DNA of 29,568 nucleotides. Origin: an uncultured Candidatus Saccharibacteria bacterium (GTDB lineage: Bacteria; Patescibacteriota; Minisyncoccia; Phycocordibacterales; JACOZG01). Position numbers and translations under genes: made by a program. Location: positions 1 to 29,568 of the forward strand of contig CAYWTW010000001.1 of assembly GCA_964461325.1 (NCBI GenBank). Direction: 5' to 3'. The notes below the pieces were generated by a model that ran no database searches, had not been told where the DNA came from, and was given only the letters and a program-made list of their open reading frames with translations. Shown one piece after another: positions 1 through 7,896 of this stretch (the first letter of the stretch is position 1; each line of letters opens with the position of its first letter).

Positions 1-144
1 CTCAATCAGCCCAGTTTTACTGCACAACTGTGTCTAGTATATGGGGTACCTGCCATGTCCTGGTCTAGCGCGGGTTTTGTCGCAAGATAAATACCGCCGA
101 ATAAAATTCAGGAATGAGAGGACATAGGCCTTCACGGGCAGTAA

Positions 145-228
145 CCCTCAAGTTCCGGTGCCGCGGACGGGAACGGACAATATCTCGACTCGGACGGTAA
201 CCGCGTCAACGTCGGCAACTTCGATGCG
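145..228 (+). repeat. DGR template-repeat (TR)-like fragment, 3'-truncated
   Basis: Frame 1 reads ...ADGNGQYLDSDGNRVNVGNFDA with four AAC codons (172, 199, 208, 217). This resembles CPR DGR template repeats (recalled pattern, not searched). It abuts an RT fragment at ~228. No matching VR is visible in the window. Confidence 0.65.
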
Positions 229-437
229 GGTATGTTGCTTTGCCGCACCATCGAATTTTGCGTTCCAAAACCAAGAGACGAATGTTCAGAAAATTGGGCG
301 AAAAAATCAAACAACGAGAAAACGGGTTAATTAATGAGGATAATTTTAAGGCCACGCTCGATTCTTATTTGGGCGTTTTGTGCCATTGTAATAGTTACCG
401 TTTAGCCGAAAATATACGGAATTCGGGGTGGGGTTGA
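228..437 (+). pseudogene. C-terminal fragment of a DGR-type reverse transcriptase
   Basis: From 228 the frame reads GYVALPHHRILRSKTKRRMFRKL...ATLDSYLGVLCHCNSYRLAENI, matching the (FL)GY motif and the thumb-region SYLG..H motif of DGR/group II-like RTs. The YxDD core and N-terminus are absent, and the in-frame sequence upstream of 228 is not RT-like. Confidence 0.75.
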
Positions 438-462
438 CCCTGTCACTCGCGAGTGACAGGGT
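437..462. repeat. 26-bp perfect palindrome (ACCCTGTCACTCGCGAGTGACAGGGT), REP-like
   Basis: Self reverse-complementary by inspection. It overlaps direct copies of GGGTTGACC at 431-439 and 459-467. Confidence 0.9.
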
Positions 463-490
463 TGACCGATTTTCCGCCGTGCGCTAGGAT
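462..490 (+). promoter_or_regulatory. sigma70-like promoter for the rpsS block
   Basis: TTGACC (462-467), a 17-bp spacer, then TAGGAT (485-490); the rpsS ATG is 9 nt downstream. Confidence 0.6.
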
Positions 491-499
491 GTGCGGGCT

Positions 500-850
500 A
501 TGACTCGATCATTGCGCAAGGGGCCGTTCATCGACCCCCGCCTGTTAAAAAAGATTGCCGGTCGCAAACCGGCCGAGGCGGGTGTTGTTAAAACTTGGTC
601 TCGAGATTCGCAGATTAGCCCGGAAATGGTCGGGTTTACGTTCGGCGTGCACAATGGTCGCGAGCACAAGCCGGTTTTAGTGACGGAAGAAATGGTCGGG
701 CATCGCTTAGGAGAATTCTCCCTCACGCGCAAGTTCGTGCGTCATGGCGGTAAGATGCAGAAGGAGCTCGAACAAAAGAAGCGCGAGGCCGAAATCAACG
801 CCGCTAAAACAGCGCGCGAGGCCGGCACCGGCGCCGCCGCCAAGGCCTAA
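500..850 (+). CDS. rpsS: 30S ribosomal protein S19 with C-terminal extension
   Basis: [12 protein letters not shown]...KTWSR...VHNG...[14 protein letters not shown] at 500 preferred over GTG at 491. Confidence 0.97.
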   Translation: MTRSLRKGPFIDPRLLKKIAGRKPAEAGVVKTWSRDSQISPEMVGFTFGVHNGREHKPVLVTEEMVGHRLGEFSLTRKFVRHGGKMQKELEQKKREAEINAAKTAREAGTGAAAKA

Positions 851-864
851 ACGATTTGACAATC

Positions 865-1248
865 ATGAAAGCCCTGCTTAGCAATTACCGTCAGTCTCCG
901 CGCAAAGTCCGTTTGATGGCCGATCTCGTGCGCGGACGTTCGCTCGAGACGGCTGACCGCCTCCTCCAGTTTACGGTTAAGCGGGCCGCCGCGCCGTTGC
1001 GCAAATTGCTGCGGTCGGCCGCCGCGAATGCCGGTCCCGAGGCCGCGGCCGCCACCAACCCGCCGTCGGAGCTGTTTGTGAAGAATATTACCGTCAATTC
1101 CGGTTTGGTTTATCGGCGGTTCCATCCCGGCGCTCATGGTCGAGCTTACCCCATCCACAAGAAGACGAGCCACGTGGAAATTGAGTTGGGACGCCGGCCG
1201 ATCAAAGAAACCGCGGTTAAAATCAAGCCGAAAAAAGTTAAAAAATAA
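865..1248 (+). CDS. rplV: 50S ribosomal protein L22
   Basis: RQSPRKVRLMADLVRG...RAYPIHKKTSHVEIEL; ATG at 865. Confidence 0.96.
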   Translation: MKALLSNYRQSPRKVRLMADLVRGRSLETADRLLQFTVKRAAAPLRKLLRSAAANAGPEAAAATNPPSELFVKNITVNSGLVYRRFHPGAHGRAYPIHKKTSHVEIELGRRPIKETAVKIKPKKVKK

Positions 1249-1249
1249 C

Positions 1250-1906
1250 ATGACTCATACCGTTCATCCTTACGCCCATCGTTTGGGTATCATCCGAGAT
1301 TGGCGCTCGCGCTGGTTTGGCCGCCGCGGCCAGTACCAAGATTTTTTGCGCGCCGACGTCTTGCTCCGCGATTATTTGGAGAAGCGCCTACGCGGTTTGT
1401 TCGTCGCGGGGGTGGAGATTGAGCGGGGGCGCGACTCGATGCGTTTGCTCGTCCGTTCGTCTCGCCCGGGAATGATCATCGGGCGGGCGGGCGAAGGTTC
1501 CAATCGTCTGAAAGATGATGTTTTAAAATTTTTGCGTCGCCACCGCGCGCCGCTGGCTCGTGATTTTCGTCTAGACATTGAAGAAGTTAAAAATCCGGAA
1601 ACCGAAGCCGCGCTTTTGGCTCAGATGGTGGTCGAAGGATTGGAGCGGCGGATGCCGTTCCGGCGCGTTCTAAAACAGATCGCCGAGAAGGCGATGGCCC
1701 AGCGCCAAGTGGCTGGCGTGCGTCTGGAGGTCTCCGGCCGCCTGGGGGGCGCGGAGATCGCCCGTACCGAATGGATTAAACGCGGCCGTTTGCCGCTCCA
1801 AACCTTTCGCGCCGACGTTGATTTCGCCCGCGAGAAGGCCCTGCTTTCCTACGGAGTGATTGGCGTGAAGGCCTGGGTCTATCGCGTGGAGGAAACCAAA
1901 AAATAA
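1250..1906 (+). CDS. rpsC: 30S ribosomal protein S3
   Basis: MTHTVHPYAHRLGII, PGMIIGRAG KH motif, SGRLGGAEIARTE, LQTFRADVDF; ATG at 1250. Confidence 0.97.
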   Translation: MTHTVHPYAHRLGIIRDWRSRWFGRRGQYQDFLRADVLLRDYLEKRLRGLFVAGVEIERGRDSMRLLVRSSRPGMIIGRAGEGSNRLKDDVLKFLRRHRAPLARDFRLDIEEVKNPETEAALLAQMVVEGLERRMPFRRVLKQIAEKAMAQRQVAGVRLEVSGRLGGAEIARTEWIKRGRLPLQTFRADVDFAREKALLSYGVIGVKAWVYRVEETKK

Positions 1907-1908
1907 AC

Positions 1909-2328
1909 ATGTTGTTGCCTAAAAAAGTTAAACACCGCAAGTGGCACACGATGCGCCGCAATCCGCTACGGGCCAAAATCGAGACTCGTGGTCTCGAGGT
2001 ATCTTTCGGCTCTTTTGGGTTAAAGGCGCAAACGGCCGGGCGCTTGCGCTCCAATCAGATTGAGGCGGCACGCAAAGTCATCGTTCGCGCGACGCGCAAG
2101 GGCGGCAAGATTTGGATTCGAGTATTCCCGGATAAACCCTACACGGCTAAAGCGGCGGAGGTGGGCATGGGCAAGGGCAAGGGCGATCCGCAGGGTTATG
2201 AGGCTCTGATTTGGCCGGGCCGTATTATTTTTGAGTTGGATGGCGTGGCCGCGGAGGAGGCGGAGTCGATTTTGCGCCAAGCTGGTTCGAAGTTGCCGTT
2301 TCGGACCTCCGTCGTGGAGCGGCATTGA
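1909..2328 (+). CDS. rplP: 50S ribosomal protein L16
   Basis: MLLPKKVKHRK...NQIEAARK...IWIRVFPDKP...MGKGKG. Confidence 0.97.
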   Translation: MLLPKKVKHRKWHTMRRNPLRAKIETRGLEVSFGSFGLKAQTAGRLRSNQIEAARKVIVRATRKGGKIWIRVFPDKPYTAKAAEVGMGKGKGDPQGYEALIWPGRIIFELDGVAAEEAESILRQAGSKLPFRTSVVERH

Positions 2329-2336
2329 TTTTAATT

Positions 2337-2531
2337 ATGGCTCGCGCTAAAACTAAGGTTCCCACCGATTGGCCCGCCGTTCTCCGCGAAAAACAGGAGG
2401 CCTTGCGCCGTTTGCGGTTTGGCGGCGCCGGCGCTTCTAAGGTGACCAATGTTCGAGCGATTCGGCAATTGCGAAAGGAGATCGCTCGCCTGCTTGGTCA
2501 GCGGCCGAAAGGAGAGTCGGAAAATAAATAA
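2337..2531 (+). CDS. rpmC: 50S ribosomal protein L29
   Basis: LRRLRF...IRQLRKEIARL, in the canonical position between rplP and rpsQ; ATG at 2337. Confidence 0.9.
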   Translation: MARAKTKVPTDWPAVLREKQEALRRLRFGGAGASKVTNVRAIRQLRKEIARLLGQRPKGESENK

Positions 2532-2779
2532 TGAAAACTGAAACAAAAAAATTAAAGGGCCATGGCGTCCTCGAGGGGGTCATCGTCTCGACCAAAATGG
2601 CGAAGACGGTTGTGGTGGAGGTGAGCCGTTTTGTCCGCCACCCGCGTTATGGCAAATTTTTGCGCCGGTCTAAGCGTTACTTGGCTCATCACGAGGGGGA
2701 GCCTTTGGCGCTCGGCGCTCGCGTCCGCATCAAGAGCGACCGGCCGCGATCGCGAAATAAGCACTTTATCGTCATATGA
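2531..2779 (+). CDS. rpsQ: 30S ribosomal protein S17
   Basis: LEGVIVSTKMAKTVVVEV...HPRYGK...RPRSRNKHF. Confidence 0.96.
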   Translation: MKTETKKLKGHGVLEGVIVSTKMAKTVVVEVSRFVRHPRYGKFLRRSKRYLAHHEGEPLALGARVRIKSDRPRSRNKHFIVI

Positions 2780-3147
2780 TTCAACCGCGCTCAATCGTCA
2801 AAATCGCAGACAATACCGGGGCAAAAATCGGCCGGATTTTCCACGTGCTGGGAGGCACGGGCCGCCGCTATGCCCAGATCGGCGACAAGGTGGTAATGTC
2901 GATTCAAGTGGCGGAACCGAAGAAAGCGATTAAGAAACATCAGGTGGTGCACGCGGTAGTGGTGCGTCAACGCCGCCCCTTCCGCCGGCTTGACGGTTCT
3001 TACGTCCGCTTTGACGATAATGCCGTGGTGATTATTGAGAAAGACAAATTAGAGCCAGTGGGAGCGCGGATTTTCGGTCCGATGCCGCGCGAACTGGTTG
3101 AACGCGGCTATCAAAAAATCGCGTCTTTGGCGCCAGAGATTGTTTAA
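2776..3147 (+). CDS. rplN: 50S ribosomal protein L14
   Basis: MIQPRSIVKIADNTGAK...VRFDDNAVVII...KIASLAPEIV. Confidence 0.98.
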   Translation: MIQPRSIVKIADNTGAKIGRIFHVLGGTGRRYAQIGDKVVMSIQVAEPKKAIKKHQVVHAVVVRQRRPFRRLDGSYVRFDDNAVVIIEKDKLEPVGARIFGPMPRELVERGYQKIASLAPEIV

Positions 3148-3158
3148 ATCACGAAACC

Positions 3159-3464
3159 ATGTGGCTTAAAAAAAATGACAAAGTTGTTGTGCTGGCGGGA
3201 GCCGAACGCGGCAAAACGGCTAAAGTCGAACGAGTTTTGCCGGAGAGCGAGCGGGTCTTGCTTGAGGGCGTTAATTTGAAGCAACGCCGCGTGCGGCCAC
3301 GCCGCCGTGGCGAGAAGGGTCAAGTGGTGGCGACGGCCGCGCCCGTTCACGCTTCGAACGTCGGTTTGTGGTGCGAGACGTGCCGTCGAGCCATTCGTCC
3401 GGCGGCGCGTTTTGATGGCGATAAAAAGATTCGAATTTGCCGGCGCTGCGATCGGGCTCTTTAG
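3159..3464 (+). CDS. rplX: 50S ribosomal protein L24
   Basis: KKNDKVVVLAGAERGK KOW motif, VLLEGVN, PVHASNV; carries CETC...CRRC. Confidence 0.95.
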   Translation: MWLKKNDKVVVLAGAERGKTAKVERVLPESERVLLEGVNLKQRRVRPRRRGEKGQVVATAAPVHASNVGLWCETCRRAIRPAARFDGDKKIRICRRCDRAL

Positions 3465-3475
3465 AATTTAATTTT

Positions 3476-4009
3476 ATGACACCCCTTAAACAAAAAATCG
3501 TTGAGATTCGGCCCCAATTGGCCAAAGCTTTAGGCCGGCAAAATCCATTGTCGTTACCGCGCTTGATTAAGGTGGTGGTTTCGGCTCGGACCGGCCGACA
3601 ACGTGATAAAGCGCGCCAGGCTTTGGTAGCCGACCGCTTGGCGAAAATTACTGGTCAGAAGCCGGCGCCCGCCGTGGCGCGGCAGTCCATCGCTTCCTTC
3701 AAATTACGCGAAGGGGAGACGATTGGTTGGCGGGTAACTCTACGTGGAGCGCGGATGTATCACTTTCTTGACCGCTTATTCAACATTGCCGTGCCGAGGA
3801 CGCGCGATTTTCGTGGTTTTGACGAGAGCGGCGTCTCGTCTACCGGAGTTTTGACACTGGGCTTTCGGGAACACATTATCTTTCCGGAGACGTCTAACGA
3901 AGAACTAAAAGACGTTTTTGGTTTGTCGGTTAGTTTGGTGACGACGGCCAGGGGCCGGGTCGAGGCCTTAGAGTTTTTCCGTCTACTGGGTTTGCCGTTT
4001 AAGCATTAA
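3476..4009 (+). CDS. rplE: 50S ribosomal protein L5
   Basis: PRLIKVVVS...ITGQKP...ARQSIASFKLREG...VTLRG...PRTRDFRG; ATG at 3476. Confidence 0.97.
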   Translation: MTPLKQKIVEIRPQLAKALGRQNPLSLPRLIKVVVSARTGRQRDKARQALVADRLAKITGQKPAPAVARQSIASFKLREGETIGWRVTLRGARMYHFLDRLFNIAVPRTRDFRGFDESGVSSTGVLTLGFREHIIFPETSNEELKDVFGLSVSLVTTARGRVEALEFFRLLGLPFKH

Positions 4010-4058
4010 GCGAAATTGACGAAGACCAAATTTATTGCTAGCATCGTCGAACAATCTT

Positions 4059-4244
4059 ATGGCTAAACAATCAGTCATCGCGCGAGCGGCCAAAACGCCC
4101 AAATGGAGTACCCGAATTGTGCGGCGCTGTTTCCGCTGTGGTCGGGGTCGAGGATTTATGCGCGATTTTGGCCTTTGCCGGATCTGTTTTCGTGAGTTGG
4201 CCAATGATGGCAAAATTCCCGGCGTCAAAAAATCTTCTTGGTAA
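4059..4244 (+). CDS. rpsZ: 30S ribosomal protein S14 type Z (zinc-binding)
   Basis: [10 protein letters not shown]...RCFRCGR...[10 protein letters not shown]...IPGVKKSSW with two CxxC motifs; ATG at 4059. Confidence 0.96.
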   Translation: MAKQSVIARAAKTPKWSTRIVRRCFRCGRGRGFMRDFGLCRICFRELANDGKIPGVKKSSW

Positions 4245-4259
4245 ACCCACTTTGTTTTC

Positions 4260-4655
4260 ATGATTAATAATCCAATCACTGATTTCGCCAATCGTTTAAA
4301 GAACGCCGCTTTAGTAGGGCGGAAAGTGGTGGTGACGCCCTATTCCAATCTCCGTTTGGCGGTGGCGGAGCTTTTGCAACGTGAAGGATATTTAACCAAG
4401 GCGGTGGTTCGAGGGCAGAAAAATAAAAAGTTTTTAGAAGTGGAACTCGCCTTTAAGGAGCCGGGGATTGCTCGTCTCACCGGGGTTCAGGCCTGGTCTA
4501 AGCCGTCGCGTCGGACTTATCTCGGGCGCCAAGCCCTGTGGCCGATTCGTCGCGGCCGCGGCCGTTTGATCGTTTCCACCTCCCGTGGCGTGATGACGGG
4601 CGAAGAAGCGCGTCGCGCCGGTGTGGGTGGTGAGGCGTTATTTGCCATCTGGTAA
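4260..4655 (+). CDS. rpsH: 30S ribosomal protein S8
   Basis: NPITDFANRLKNA...SKPSRRTY...IVSTSRGVMTGEEARRAGVGGE. Confidence 0.97.
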   Translation: MINNPITDFANRLKNAALVGRKVVVTPYSNLRLAVAELLQREGYLTKAVVRGQKNKKFLEVELAFKEPGIARLTGVQAWSKPSRRTYLGRQALWPIRRGRGRLIVSTSRGVMTGEEARRAGVGGEALFAIW

Positions 4656-4658
4656 ACC

Positions 4659-5198
4659 ATGTCACGCTTAGGCAAACAAATTATCAATGTGCCAACCGAG
4701 GTCAAGGTTGAGGTCGGCAATGGGCGAGTGGTCATGCGTGGTCCGCGCGGCGAGTTAACTCGTGTTTTCAAGCCGGAAATCAATATCACGCTGGAGTCTG
4801 GCGGGGGGCTTAAATTGGTGCCGCGCCAGTCATCGCTTGATAATCGGGCACTTTGGGGTACCTACGCGGCCCATCTGAAAAACATGATTAAGGGGGTAGT
4901 TAGCGGTTTTGAAAAAAAGCTTTTGCTCGAGGGGGTGGGCTATCGCGCCGCGCTTGAGGGCAAAAACTTGAAGATGAATCTGGGCTTTTCTCATCCGGTG
5001 GTGATGGCTATTCCCGAAGGTTTGGAAGTCAAGATTGATAAGGGTTTGATGACCATCACCGGTCAGGATTGTGAGCTGGTCGGGCAATTCGCGGCGCGCG
5101 TTCGAGCTCATCGCCCACCCGAACCATATAAGGGCAAGGGTTTTCGTTACGAGGACGAGATTATCCATCGCAAGCAGGGCAAGAAGGTGGTGGCTTAA
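4659..5198 (+). CDS. rplF: 50S ribosomal protein L6
   Basis: MSRLGKQII...GVGYRA...LGFSHPV...[10 protein letters not shown]. Confidence 0.98.
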   Translation: MSRLGKQIINVPTEVKVEVGNGRVVMRGPRGELTRVFKPEINITLESGGGLKLVPRQSSLDNRALWGTYAAHLKNMIKGVVSGFEKKLLLEGVGYRAALEGKNLKMNLGFSHPVVMAIPEGLEVKIDKGLMTITGQDCELVGQFAARVRAHRPPEPYKGKGFRYEDEIIHRKQGKKVVA

Positions 5199-5211
5199 GC
5201 TGTTTTTATTT

Positions 5212-5601
5212 ATGGCCTCAAACAAAAAAAAATCGTCAGAGACCAGGGCTAGCCGTCGGGCTAGCCGAGCGCGCCGCGTGCGGGCGCGCGCCCGCGGAAC
5301 GGCGAGCCGGCCGCGGCTGGCGGTGTTTCGCTCCAATCGAGCAATCTACGTTCAATTGATCGATGACGAGCGCGGCGTGACTCTCGCGGCCGCGGATAAT
5401 CGCGCTTTGGGGAAGAAAGCGGTGGCGCCGGCTGATTACCCGGGTCGGCGGGGGCAGGCCTTTTTGGTTGGTAATCTGGTGGCCGAACGAGCCTTGGCTA
5501 AGAAGATTAAAGCCGCGGTTTTTGATCGGGCGGGTTATCGTTACACAGGACGGATCAAAGCTTTGGCCGACGGCGCGCGCGCCGGCGGCTTGCAATTTTA
5601 A
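5212..5601 (+). CDS. rplR: 50S ribosomal protein L18
   Basis: [20 protein letters not shown]...[27 protein letters not shown]; ATG at 5212. Confidence 0.97.
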   Translation: MASNKKKSSETRASRRASRARRVRARARGTASRPRLAVFRSNRAIYVQLIDDERGVTLAAADNRALGKKAVAPADYPGRRGQAFLVGNLVAERALAKKIKAAVFDRAGYRYTGRIKALADGARAGGLQF

Positions 5602-5603
5602 TT

Positions 5604-6149
5604 ATGGCTACGGAAGTAACAAAAAAGACAACTGATAATCGCAATAATGCCGGCGCGTCGCGACGGGGTTTTGGCGGCCGCGGCGGTCGGCCGTCGCGGG
5701 GCGGGGCTGATCGGCGCGAGTCGGATTTGGCTCATAAAATTTTAGCGATTCGACGAGTCACGCGGGTGGTGCGCGGTGGTCGGCGATTTAGTTTTTCCAT
5801 TGTTTTGGTGGCTGGCGATCGCCGCGGCCGGATTGGTCTCGGGGTGGGCAAGGCGAGCGACATTGCTCTAGCGATTGAAAAGGCGCTTAATGGCGCCCGG
5901 AAAGACCTGACCTCTTTGTCGCTCAATAAAAATCAGACCCTGCCCCACGAAGTTAGAGCTAAATTTGGCTCGGCTTTGATCGAAATTAGGCCGTCGCCCG
6001 GGCGAGGCTTGGTGGCCGGGAGTTCGGTGCGGGCGGTGCTTGATTTGGCCGGCATCCGGGACGTCAGCGCCAAAATTTATTCTCGCAGCAAAAATCAACT
6101 TAACAACGTGCGAGCGGCTCTCAACGCCCTGCGCTCTATCAAAGTTTAA
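5604..6149 (+). CDS. rpsE: 30S ribosomal protein S5
   Basis: IRRVTRVVRGGRRFSFSIVLVAGD...GLVAGSSVRAVL...SKNQLNNVRA. Confidence 0.97.
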   Translation: MATEVTKKTTDNRNNAGASRRGFGGRGGRPSRGGADRRESDLAHKILAIRRVTRVVRGGRRFSFSIVLVAGDRRGRIGLGVGKASDIALAIEKALNGARKDLTSLSLNKNQTLPHEVRAKFGSALIEIRPSPGRGLVAGSSVRAVLDLAGIRDVSAKIYSRSKNQLNNVRAALNALRSIKV

Positions 6150-6153
6150 TTAT

Positions 6154-6591
6154 ATGCAACTACATCAATTACAACCCAGGACCAAACGGCCAGCGGCCAG
6201 GCAGATTGGCCGTGGTGGCAAGCGCGGAACAACTTCCGGTCGGGGCACGAAGGGCCAAAAGGCTCGCGCTGGGCACCGGATTCGCCCAGAAATCCGCGAT
6301 CAAATCAAAAAATTGCCCAAATTGCGCGGACACGACTTTGGTCTCGGCCGTCTGGCGTCTCGGGCCGCGGTGGTCAAATTGGCCCGTCTGTCCGTTCTCC
6401 CCGCGACGGAGTTGATTACCCCGGGAGTTTTGCGCGCCGCGGGCTTGATCCCCGCCGTGTCTCGGCGCGCGCGGATAAAAATTTTATTCGATGGCACCAA
6501 GCTAGACCGGGCTTTGCGCTTGCGCGGTTGCGCGGTTTCGGCGGCGGCGCGGGCGGCGATTGAGCAAGCCGGTGGCCAGATTTCGGCCTAA
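6154..6591 (+). CDS. rplO: 50S ribosomal protein L15
   Basis: GRGGKRGTTSGRGTKGQKARAG...KLPKLRG...SAAARAAIEQAGG; ATG at 6154. Confidence 0.96.
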   Translation: MQLHQLQPRTKRPAARQIGRGGKRGTTSGRGTKGQKARAGHRIRPEIRDQIKKLPKLRGHDFGLGRLASRAAVVKLARLSVLPATELITPGVLRAAGLIPAVSRRARIKILFDGTKLDRALRLRGCAVSAAARAAIEQAGGQISA

Positions 6592-6596
6592 ACCCC

Positions 6597-7871
6597 ATGT
6601 GGCAAAATTTTATTAAAAAGATTCGTTTAGTCTGGCAGGAAGGAACCCTGCGCCGACGCCTGTTGTTCGTGCTTTTGATTTTGGCCCTTTTCCGGCTGGG
6701 AGCTTCAATACCAATTTCCGGCGTTGATCCGGTGGCGCTTGGCCGCTTGTTCGCTTCGAGCCAATTTTTGGGTTTGCTCAACATTTTTTCTGGCGGCGGT
6801 TTGGAAAATCTCTCAATCGTGATGTTGGGCGTTGGACCATATATTACGGGCTCGATTGTTATGCAACTGCTCACCGTGATGTTCCCGTCTTTAAAAGAGT
6901 TGTATCAGGAGTCTGGCGAACTGGGACGCAAGCGTTTTGCTCAATACGCGCGCCTGTTAACGGTTCCGCTCGCGGCCATCCAAGGTTTGGGTTTGCTCGC
7001 GTTGCTTAAAAGCCAAGGACTATTGCAAAACCTGACGGCGTTTCAAGAGACGACCAATATTATCGTGATTGTTGCTGGTTCGGTTTTGCTAATGTGGCTT
7101 GGCGAGTTGATCAACGAATACGGCATCGGCAATGGTGTCTCCTTAATTATCTTTGCCGGCATTGTCGCTAGTTTGCCCACGGCTCTAACTCAATTAATCG
7201 CCACTTACGAGCCAGCGCAGATTCCTCTTTATCTAACTTTTCTGGTTGTCGCCTTGCTGACGGTGGGGGGTGTAGTATTCGTAACCGAGGCCGAACGGCC
7301 AATTCCCGTCACTTACGCCAAGCAAGTGCGCGGGGCGCGGATGTACGGCGGGATGTCGACCTATTTGCCTCTGCGCCTCAATCAAGCGGGTGTAATGCCG
7401 ATTATTTTCGCTCTGTCCATTTTGCTTTTTCCGCGGCTGGTTTTTGATTATTTGAGCCGGATTGATCAAGTTCAAATCAGCCAAGCGGCGCTTTGGTTGC
7501 GCGACCTGATCGACAATATGTGGTTTTATTCAATCGCTTATTTCCTGCTGGTTTTTGCCTTCACTTATTTTTATTCAGCCATTACCTTTGATCCGCAGTC
7601 GATTGCTAGCAATTTACAGAAAAGTGGCGCTTTTGTTCCCGGGATTCGTCCTGGTCGACCGACCACCGATTATTTGACGCGGGTGGTTACCCGCCTAACT
7701 TTGGTCGGCGGGCTCTTTCTCGGTTTGATTGCCTTGTTGCCGCTAATCATCCAAGGCGCGACGGGGATCGGAGCTCTGGCGATTGGCGGTACGGGGTTGC
7801 TCATTGTCGTTTCGGTTGTTCTCGAATTGGTTAAACAAATTGATAGCCAATTATCGATGCGCGAGTACTAG
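6597..7871 (+). CDS. secY: preprotein translocase subunit SecY
   Basis: SIVMLGVGPYITGSIVMQLL, GIGNGVSLIIFAGI, GVMPIIFA, FVPGIRPG, GGTGLLIVVSV; about 10 TM helices. Confidence 0.98.
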   Translation: MWQNFIKKIRLVWQEGTLRRRLLFVLLILALFRLGASIPISGVDPVALGRLFASSQFLGLLNIFSGGGLENLSIVMLGVGPYITGSIVMQLLTVMFPSLKELYQESGELGRKRFAQYARLLTVPLAAIQGLGLLALLKSQGLLQNLTAFQETTNIIVIVAGSVLLMWLGELINEYGIGNGVSLIIFAGIVASLPTALTQLIATYEPAQIPLYLTFLVVALLTVGGVVFVTEAERPIPVTYAKQVRGARMYGGMSTYLPLRLNQAGVMPIIFALSILLFPRLVFDYLSRIDQVQISQAALWLRDLIDNMWFYSIAYFLLVFAFTYFYSAITFDPQSIASNLQKSGAFVPGIRPGRPTTDYLTRVVTRLTLVGGLFLGLIALLPLIIQGATGIGALAIGGTGLLIVVSVVLELVKQIDSQLSMREY

Positions 7872-7876
7872 CCACG

Positions 7877-7885
7877 TGCTAGACT
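7877..7885 (+). promoter_or_regulatory. possible extended -10 element upstream of adk
   Basis: TGcTAGACT at 7877-7885, 11 nt before the ATG at 7897. Confidence 0.35.
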
Positions 7886-7896
7886 AGAGGCGAAAC

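Noticed and set aside
1-131. Possible avd 3' end, rplB 3' end or other gene upstream of the DGR relic
   Set aside because: The forward frames close early (stops by 37, 68 and 90) with no recognisable Avd or L2 motif. A minus-strand TATACT followed by a TTG frame running off the edge is too short to support.
132-314. 60-aa minus-strand ORF
   Set aside because: Antisense shadow of the TR/RT relic with no recognisable motif.
1136-1249. Upstream starts given by the ORF track for rpsC (also rpsS 491, rplE 3437, rplR 5071, rplO 6040, ndk 9285, secG 14950)
   Set aside because: The extensions mostly overlap upstream genes or promoter boxes and lack homology; downstream ATGs match the conserved N-termini.
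5248-5268. Short GGCTAGCCG direct repeat in rplR
   Set aside because: Explained by the Arg/Ala/Ser-rich peptide RASRRASR.
847-7484. Numerous antisense or alternate-frame ORFs over ribosomal genes and secY
   Set aside because: Expected shadows of GC-rich coding DNA; no independent motifs.
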